Part shown: one piece after another, positions 57,936 to 64,000 of the stretch
Numbering within the stretch: the first letter of the stretch is position 1
How the letters are laid out: every line of letters starts with the position of its first letter
NCBI GenBank assembly: GCA_963799485.1
Contig: CAWCXJ010000013.1
Location: forward strand, 32,001 to 96,000
From: an uncultured Trueperaceae bacterium
GTDB lineage: Bacteria; Deinococcota; Deinococci; Deinococcales; Trueperaceae
Reading direction: 5' to 3'
Length of the DNA: 64,000 nucleotides
Program-made: the position numbers and the translations under genes
The notes under the pieces: generated by a model
The model's input: the letters and a program-made list of their open reading frames with translations, nothing else
Databases searched by the model: none
Told to the model about the DNA's origin: nothing

Positions 57936-58515
57936 CCCGGACGCTCAAGCTTTAGACCCGCAGTTTTTAGAGGCGGTGAGCACGCACACGCCGAACGACC
58001 GGGTGCGCGCTCAGGCGGCGGCTGCCGGGATGGATTTGGACGCGTTACGAGAGCGCGAGCCGCTGACCTACGCGGCGCTGAACGCGGTTTTACTGGTGCG
58101 TACCGACGCGCGGCTTGCTTCTCAGGTGAACGCGGTACTCGCACAGGTCGCGCCGCACGCACAGCTTTTTACGGTGCCGCTGACAAATCCGCAGACCAAT
58201 ACCGAGCTGCGCGTTTTTCCGCCTCTGCAAAAAGAGTGGACAGCCCTCGACGACGCGTTAGGGGTGTTTGCGGGGACACAACCGGGTAGCCTCTTCTACC
58301 GCACGGTCAGCGACCGCTCGGGTGCGCGCCGTGAACTGGCGTGGCCCCTCGAGCCTAAAGCCTGGCAGGCCGGAACCGCGCTCGTCGGCCCTTTCGCCGA
58401 CGAGGCGGAAGCAAACGCCTGGGGACAAGTTCACGCCGACCCGCGCGCCGGGTTTGTCTTCGACGCCCTGCCCTATGCGGGCGCGTGGTACTGCGACGTA
58501 TTTAAGGGCGACTGA
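57925..58515 (+). CDS. Hypothetical protein
   Basis: ORF overlapping the aminotransferase stop, with typical codon usage. Confidence 0.65.
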   Translation: MSADPDAQALDPQFLEAVSTHTPNDRVRAQAAAAGMDLDALREREPLTYAALNAVLLVRTDARLASQVNAVLAQVAPHAQLFTVPLTNPQTNTELRVFPPLQKEWTALDDALGVFAGTQPGSLFYRTVSDRSGARRELAWPLEPKAWQAGTALVGPFADEAEANAWGQVHADPRAGFVFDALPYAGAWYCDVFKGD

Positions 58516-58605
58516 CTGCCGACTCGGCGCGGGTGTAACGAACCCTGCCGGGAGCGGTAACTGCGTGGCTGAGGCGATAAGCCTACAGGCCGTATACTCG
58601 GGTCT

Positions 58606-59645
58606 ATGACGCAAGCTGCTGAAGCCACCTCAACCTCACGTGCCGACCGAAAAACGCAACCGTGTTTTTTCCGGGGTGCAACCGACCGGCGACCTTCATC
58701 TGGGCACCTACCTGGGCGCGCTCAAAGGCTGGGTCGCGCGCCAAGACGAAGCGGAAAATATCTTCTGCGTCGTTGACCTGCACGCGCTGACGGTACCTGA
58801 AGCCGTAAATCCGGCGGTTTTACGGGAGAAGTCCTTAGAGGTCGCCGCCCTTTACCTTGCCGCCGGTCTCGACCCGAAAAAAAACCTGATCTTTATCCAG
58901 TCGCACGTCCGTGAACACAGCGAACTCGCGTGGATTTTGAACTGTCTGACGCCGCTCGGCTGGCTTTACCGGATGACGCAGTTCAAATCGAAATCCGAAG
59001 GGCGTGAGAGCGTCGGCTCGGGGCTCTTGACCTATCCGACGCTTGATGGCCGCCGACATCTTGCTCTACGACACCACTTCCGTTCCGGTAGGTGACGATC
59101 AGCGCCAGCACGTAGAACTTACCCGTGACGTCGCCACGCGCTTTAACAACATGTTCGGCGACGTTTTTACCTTGCCGAACGCGACCATCCCCGAAGAGGG
59201 CGCACGCGTCATGGGATTCGACGACCCCGCCGTAAAAATGAGCAAAAGCCTCGCGGTGACGCGTCCGGGGCACGCGGTCAACCTGTTGGACGACGAAAAG
59301 ACCATCAAAAAAGCGGTGATGTCGGCGGTGACCGACTCGGGGCGTGATACCCGGTTTGCCACTGCCTCGCCGGGAGTCAAAAACCTCTTGTCGCTCTACA
59401 AAGTCCTGACGAATACGCCGATGTCCGACATCGAAGCGAAATTTGACGCTCAGGGTTACGGGACGCTCAAAAAGGCGCTGCTCGGCGAGATTCTAGCGAC
59501 GCTCCAACCTTTACAAGCACGCTACGCCGAGATTACGGCAGATGAGGCGGGCTTAAAACGCATTTTAGCAAGTAGCGCCGAGCGCGCCCGCGACATCGCC
59601 TCAAAGACGACCGCACGCGTCCGTGACGCGACAGGTCTGGGCTGA
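58606..59645 (+). CDS. trpS: Tryptophan--tRNA ligase, interrupted by +1 frameshift(s)
   Basis: [20 protein letters not shown] | [23 protein letters not shown]; frame break at about 59043, possibly another at the A5 run near 58650. Confidence 0.92.
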
Positions 59646-60517
59646 GCGTACTGTTTCTCTTTCTGGACGGTGTGGGGCTCGGCACGTCCGACGCTGCGGT
59701 GAACCCTTTTACGGCGGCACAGACGCCGTTTCTCTCGTCCTTGCTGGGTGGCCCCCTGAGCGCCGAACGAACCGTCATCGACACGCCTCAGCTGCAGTTT
59801 CGGCCTCTCTCGGCGACGCTTTCGCACGCGGGTTTGCCGCAATCGGCGACAGGCCAAACGACGCTCCTAACGGGTCAGAACGGGGCCGAACTGATGGGGC
59901 GGCACTACGGGCCGTGGCCGGGGCCGACGCTCAAACGGGCGCTGGGTAAAGGCACAATCTTCTCCGAAGTCGTCTCTGCGGGGGGCCGCGTAGGGCTTGC
60001 CAACGCCTTTCCGCCCGGTTACTTTCGTGCGCTCACTGAAGGCAAGCAAAAGGTCAACGTCCCGGTCTATGCAGCGCAGCAAGCAGGGGTCAGGCTCCTG
60101 ACGCAAGCTGATTATGACGCTGGCAACGCCGTCAGTGCCGATTTAGACGGACAGTATTTAGGTGTACCGCAACCGCTCGCCGAAGCCGGGGCGCAGCTCG
60201 CGCGACTCGCTGCGGGCAATGACCTGACCTTTTTCGATTTCTGGCTCTCCGACACAGCAGGCCACCGCTGGACGTTTGACGAAGCGGTCAAGCTTACCGA
60301 AAAACTCGACGGGTTTCTGGCAGGCGTCGTTCCGGCGCTCGGCAGCACGACGCTGGTGCTAACGTCCGACCACGGGAACCTCGAGGATAAGTCCACCCGT
60401 TCACACACCCGCAACCCGGTACCGCTGCTGGTAATAGGTCCTTACGCCGCTACCTTCGCCGGAGCCACAAGTCTGCTGGACGTGACTCCGGCCTTACGCG
60501 TTGCCCTGGAGCTCTAA
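59642..60517 (+). CDS. Alkaline-phosphatase-superfamily metalloenzyme (phosphopentomutase/iPGM-like), probable CTG start
   Basis: [42 protein letters not shown]. Confidence 0.85.
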   Translation: MSVLFLFLDGVGLGTSDAAVNPFTAAQTPFLSSLLGGPLSAERTVIDTPQLQFRPLSATLSHAGLPQSATGQTTLLTGQNGAELMGRHYGPWPGPTLKRALGKGTIFSEVVSAGGRVGLANAFPPGYFRALTEGKQKVNVPVYAAQQAGVRLLTQADYDAGNAVSADLDGQYLGVPQPLAEAGAQLARLAAGNDLTFFDFWLSDTAGHRWTFDEAVKLTEKLDGFLAGVVPALGSTTLVLTSDHGNLEDKSTRSHTRNPVPLLVIGPYAATFAGATSLLDVTPALRVALEL

Positions 60518-61671
60518 CCGCCTAGAAGCCTCGGCAAGATGATAATCGCCGCCTCGTACCACGCGCCGATAACGAGCAGTAAAAACGCTATCGGCAGCAT
60601 CATCGTGAGTTTGCGAAACGCCAGCCTGAACCCGGCCAGACCGCCCCGGATGAGCGTGACGAGGAGCATCCCGCCGCCTGCGGTGACGAGTACATACGCC
60701 ATCAGTTCGATAAGGATAAGTACGGCGATAGAGAGCAGCGTCGCCGGGTCGCTCTGGGTTAAAAAACCAAACGGCACGCCGAGCGCGAGAAAACGGGCAC
60801 CGTTCAGGATATACGCGAGTACCCCGAACGAGATAAAGGCGACCCCGTAAGTCGTCACGACCGCGCCCATGACGAAGTTTTGGTAGAGCGTCGCGGCGGC
60901 GGCCCGCGCGACGTTACCGCTTTCGTACGCTTGCGCCGCGCCGAGCTGCGACACGCCCTCTTCGACGAGCTGGGTAACGGTCTGGGCGCAGACGGGCGGG
61001 AGGTTCGCGCCCGTAAAAACGCCGAGCCCGAAAAGTCCGTAGAGGAGCGAGATGGTGACAATCGTCAGGCGGCGGTGTTCGCGTAAATAACCCCAGCCCT
61101 CGGCGAGCCAGCGGCGAAAAAACGATGGGCGCACGAGCAGATAGATAAATAGAAGGCTGAAGGCCGCAAAAATCCAGGCAGCGACCGGCCCTTGCAGCGC
61201 GGCGGGAATGGTCGGGGTCTGAACGTTTGTCTGGACGCCGACGTTTGCTATTTGCCAGCGCCCGTCTTGATTTTTTAGGTTGACCTCGAGTACTGCCAAA
61301 CGCTCCCCCGGAAACGTCACCGGGTAGGTGTAGCGGCGCGCCTCCGGGGTGCTGTCACGTTCGACCCGGTTCTCAAAGTTGACGGTGGTACCCGCCGGCG
61401 GCGCAGGGTTGTTCAGCAGCGTCGGCAGTTGGCGGCAGACCGCTTCGGGAGAAAGCGAAGAGAGCGTCACCGGGTCAAACGGTTCGCGTGCCAGCCACGC
61501 GCGCACGGCGTTGTCCGCGACTGCTGCGGGGGCGCGCGTTTGTCCGGCTTGAGCGGTCGGCGCGGCGGGAGTTTGCTGCGGCAGCGTTTGAGATTGCCCT
61601 GCGGCGGTGGGTGCTCCCTGAACTGCGCTCAAGGCCGTGAACAGCAGCAACGCTAAAAAAAGTCGCCTCAT
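60514..61671 (-). CDS. SpoIIM-domain membrane protein with N-terminal exported domain
   Basis: Signal peptide MRRLFLALL; ATGA overlap with pyrE; C-terminal IELMAY and AWYEA. Confidence 0.75.
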   Translation of the reverse strand: MRRLFLALLLFTALSAVQGAPTAAGQSQTLPQQTPAAPTAQAGQTRAPAAVADNAVRAWLAREPFDPVTLSSLSPEAVCRQLPTLLNNPAPPAGTTVNFENRVERDSTPEARRYTYPVTFPGERLAVLEVNLKNQDGRWQIANVGVQTNVQTPTIPAALQGPVAAWIFAAFSLLFIYLLVRPSFFRRWLAEGWGYLREHRRLTIVTISLLYGLFGLGVFTGANLPPVCAQTVTQLVEEGVSQLGAAQAYESGNVARAAAATLYQNFVMGAVVTTYGVAFISFGVLAYILNGARFLALGVPFGFLTQSDPATLLSIAVLILIELMAYVLVTAGGGMLLVTLIRGGLAGFRLAFRKLTMMLPIAFLLLVIGAWYEAAIIILPRLLGG

Positions 61672-62207
61672 ACTTCCTCTAACGGTACACCGTCGCGGCA
61701 CAAGGGGCACGCGTCTGGTGTGTGGGTGGGAAACTCGAGGCTCAAAAGCGAACGCGGCGCGAGCGGCGAACCGAGGCGGTCGATGATGCAGCCTACGTCG
61801 GCACATTCGGCCCCTTCCGCTTCGGCGGCGCGAATCGCCTTGCGCAGCGACCCGCCGGTCGTAATTACGTCCTCGACGGCTAAAAACCGCTCGCCCGGAG
61901 AGATTTTGAACGCGTCCCGGATGAGCATCCGGTTTTTGCTGAACTTTTCGGCAAAGATAGCCCGGCACCCGAGCGCGCGGGCAACCGTATGCGCTAAAAC
62001 CACCCCGCCCATCGCCGGGCCGAGCACGAAGTCGGGTTCTAAACCCCGAAACTTGGCGGCGAGCGCGGCCCCGAGCGCTTCGGCGCGTTCCGGGTGCTGA
62101 AAGACGGTGGTCGATTGCAAAAACTTGGGGGAGTGGCGGCCCGAGGCGAGTAAAAAGTGCCCCTCGAGAAGTCCGCCGCTCTGCCGGTAAAGGTCTAGTA
62201 CGTCCAT
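61668..62207 (-). CDS. pyrE: Orotate phosphoribosyltransferase
   Basis: GHFLLASGRHS, GPAMGG, VEDVITTGGS, CPLC. Confidence 0.95.
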   Translation of the reverse strand: MDVLDLYRQSGGLLEGHFLLASGRHSPKFLQSTTVFQHPERAEALGAALAAKFRGLEPDFVLGPAMGGVVLAHTVARALGCRAIFAEKFSKNRMLIRDAFKISPGERFLAVEDVITTGGSLRKAIRAAEAEGAECADVGCIIDRLGSPLAPRSLLSLEFPTHTPDACPLCRDGVPLEEV

Positions 62208-62330
62208 GTTCGCCCAGCATACCGCGGCGACCCCGCCAACCGGAGCTCCCGGGTAGATGTTTCATAAGCCGGCGTGTTGTGAAGTGTACTGCAAACGAGT
62301 GTGCGACCTGTATCCGGTAAACTGGGTTGG

Positions 62331-62828
62331 ATGAAACGGGTGGAGTGGTGGGGGAACGCGGCGCAGCGCACCCTGATGGCACTTTTCCCATGTCTGGCCC
62401 GACCCGACGATACGCTGGCCCAAAACACACTTTCCGAAGCCGAATTCAGGCTCTACCGGCAGATGGACGTGCGCGACCGTGCCCACGCTTGCGCCGTGGC
62501 GCGCCGGCTTTCGGCGCTCTACCCGGACGCGTCGGACGTACTGCGCCGCGCCGCGCTGCTTCACGACGTCGGCAAAGCCGGATACGTCTACAGGCCGTGG
62601 CAGCGTATTTTCGTCGCGCTCTACACGCCGCGCACGGTGCCCGCGACGCCGCGCCTGTCAGGACTTAAGGGGGCGTGGCAGTTGCGGCGGCATCACGACC
62701 GTTACGGGGCCGAGGCCATCTTGAGCGCCGGGGGAGACGCCCGCGTCGCCGAACTCGTCGCGCGTCACCACCGGCCCGGAACCGACGCCGAGGCGGCCCG
62801 GCTGATGGAGATCGATGCCCGCTTTTAA
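62331..62828 (+). CDS. HD-domain protein
   Basis: DRAH, ALLHDVGK, HH; leaderless TAAACT-7-ATG. Confidence 0.85.
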   Translation: MKRVEWWGNAAQRTLMALFPCLARPDDTLAQNTLSEAEFRLYRQMDVRDRAHACAVARRLSALYPDASDVLRRAALLHDVGKAGYVYRPWQRIFVALYTPRTVPATPRLSGLKGAWQLRRHHDRYGAEAILSAGGDARVAELVARHHRPGTDAEAARLMEIDARF

Positions 62829-64000
62829 CCAACGGGAGGCGCTCGGCGCACAGCTCGAGTGGCTTTTTGCCCGGCAACGTTTCGGAATCAAGCTCGGTCT
62901 AAAGCGGGTTCGGGCACTTCTGGAAAGGCTGGGGCATCCTGAAGACGCTTTTACGGTCGTTCTCGTCGGCGGTACCAACGGCAAGGGGAGCTGTGCGGCG
63001 ACTCTCGCCGCCATCTTAGGAGCTGACGGACGCCCCACGGGGCTTTTTACGAGCCCGCACCTGACGCACTTCAGCGAGCGGTTTCAGGTGGACGGCGCGC
63101 CGGTTTCAGAGGCTGAACTGCTCACCGGGCTAGCGGCTGTGCGCCCGCACGCGGAGGCTTTGGGCGCGACCTTTTTTGAAATCGTCACGGCGCTCGGTTG
63201 TGTTTTGTTCGCCCGGCGTGGTGTCGAGGCGGCTGTCATGGAGGTCGGTCTCGGGGGGCGCTTCGACGCGACGAACGCCCTTTCACCGCGCCTGAGCGTG
63301 ATTACCGGCGTGGCGCTCGACCACACCGACGTTCTGGGCGACACTCTGGGAAAAATCGCTGCGGAAAAAGCAGGCATCATGCGTTCTGGAATCCAGGCGC
63401 TGACGGGCGGGTCGGGTGAAGCCCTGGACGTTTTACGGGGCGCGGCAGGCGAGCTGGGCGCGCCGCTCTGGGTACTCGGTGATGAAATCGCGCTTACGGC
63501 AACCGCTTTGGGTTGGTCGGGGGTGCGGTGCCAGGTCGAGAGTCCGCTCGGAAGCGTTGAGGTCACGACGCCGCTTTTAGGACTGCACCAGGCCCGTAAC
63601 GTCGCGCTGGCGGTGGCTGCCGCGCAGCAGTTGGGGGTCTCCGGCGGAGCGATTCGGGAGGGTGTCGCACGAACCCGCTGGGCAGGCAGGCTCGAGCCCC
63701 TCGTTTACCAGAACCGGACATTTTTACTCGACGGCGCGCACAATCCGCAGGCGGCCTCTGCGCTCGCCGACGCTTTAGGGCGTCTGGACGCTGCGCCTGT
63801 TACTTTTATCTTCGGCGCTGCGGCGGACAAAGACCTGCGTGGCCTTGTCGAAGCATTAGCGCCGGCTGCGTCGCAAGTCATCGTCACTCGCGCCGCGCTG
63901 AGCCCCAGGGCCGCTGCACCGGAAACCCTGGCTGAGCTGTGGCTACCCTATGCTTACCCTGTTCACCGCGCAGATATGCCGAAAGATGCACTCGAGCAAG
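62815..64000 (+). CDS. folC: Folylpolyglutamate/dihydrofolate synthase, 3'-truncated by window edge (absent from the ORF track)
   Basis: GGAG then ATG 62815; translates to ..RQRFGIKLGL..VGGTNGKGS..FTSPHL..EVGLGGRFDATN..LDGAHNP. Confidence 0.93.
   Translation, partial: MPAFNQREALGAQLEWLFARQRFGIKLGLKRVRALLERLGHPEDAFTVVLVGGTNGKGSCAATLAAILGADGRPTGLFTSPHLTHFSERFQVDGAPVSEAELLTGLAAVRPHAEALGATFFEIVTALGCVLFARRGVEAAVMEVGLGGRFDATNALSPRLSVITGVALDHTDVLGDTLGKIAAEKAGIMRSGIQALTGGSGEALDVLRGAAGELGAPLWVLGDEIALTATALGWSGVRCQVESPLGSVEVTTPLLGLHQARNVALAVAAAQQLGVSGGAIREGVARTRWAGRLEPLVYQNRTFLLDGAHNPQAASALADALGRLDAAPVTFIFGAAADKDLRGLVEALAPAASQVIVTRAALSPRAAAPETLAELWLPYAYPVHRADMPKDALEQ

Noticed and set aside
58516..58605. 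T-box riboswitch upstream of trpS
   Set aside because: Too short, no T-box antiterminator consensus, and the gene appears leaderless; only one hairpin (CGGCGCGGGT/ACCCTGCCG) is present
59040..59050. prfB-type programmed frameshift
   Set aside because: prfB needs CTT-TGA plus an upstream internal SD; here it is CTT-GAT with no in-frame stop and no clear SD
61672..62430. 638-aa version of the SpoIIM ORF
   Set aside because: The extension is an alternative-frame shadow of pyrE; the real start with signal peptide is ATG 61671
1..64000. IS elements, integrase, prophage, tRNA or rRNA genes
   Set aside because: No transposase, integrase or phage motifs, terminal inverted repeats or cloverleaf patterns recognised

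Overview
GC-rich (about 60% by eye) bacterial chromosomal segment, most likely Deinococcota (Truepera-like), judged from DUF3248/DUF3809-type genes and many leaderless genes with TAnnnT 5-8 nt before the start codon. It is mostly housekeeping and accessory metabolism: malQ, ruvA, ald, truB, pgl, lepB, htrA, mnmE, hemL, truA, mutS2, holB, aceB, msrA, trpS, pyrE, folC, transporters, a Phd/YefM-VapC toxin-antitoxin pair, a GH6 lipoprotein and two decayed pseudogenes. I saw no rRNA, tRNA, IS element or CRISPR array. The most striking signals are at DNA/RNA level: (1) a non-palindromic octamer CCGTAAAA/TTTTACGG with at least 43 hand-counted copies on both strands and in several reading frames (uptake-sequence-like); (2) a highly iterated palindrome GCTCGAGC with at least 41 copies; (3) a candidate leaderless leader-peptide attenuator before a class-V aminotransferase; (4) a ~137-nt nested hairpin that may be an ncRNA; (5) +1 frameshifts in trpS and aceB at the same GCTTGA context; (6) a probable CTG start codon; (7) a catalytically degenerate alpha-hydroxy-acid oxidase homologue. 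Family assignments come from motif recognition, not database searches.
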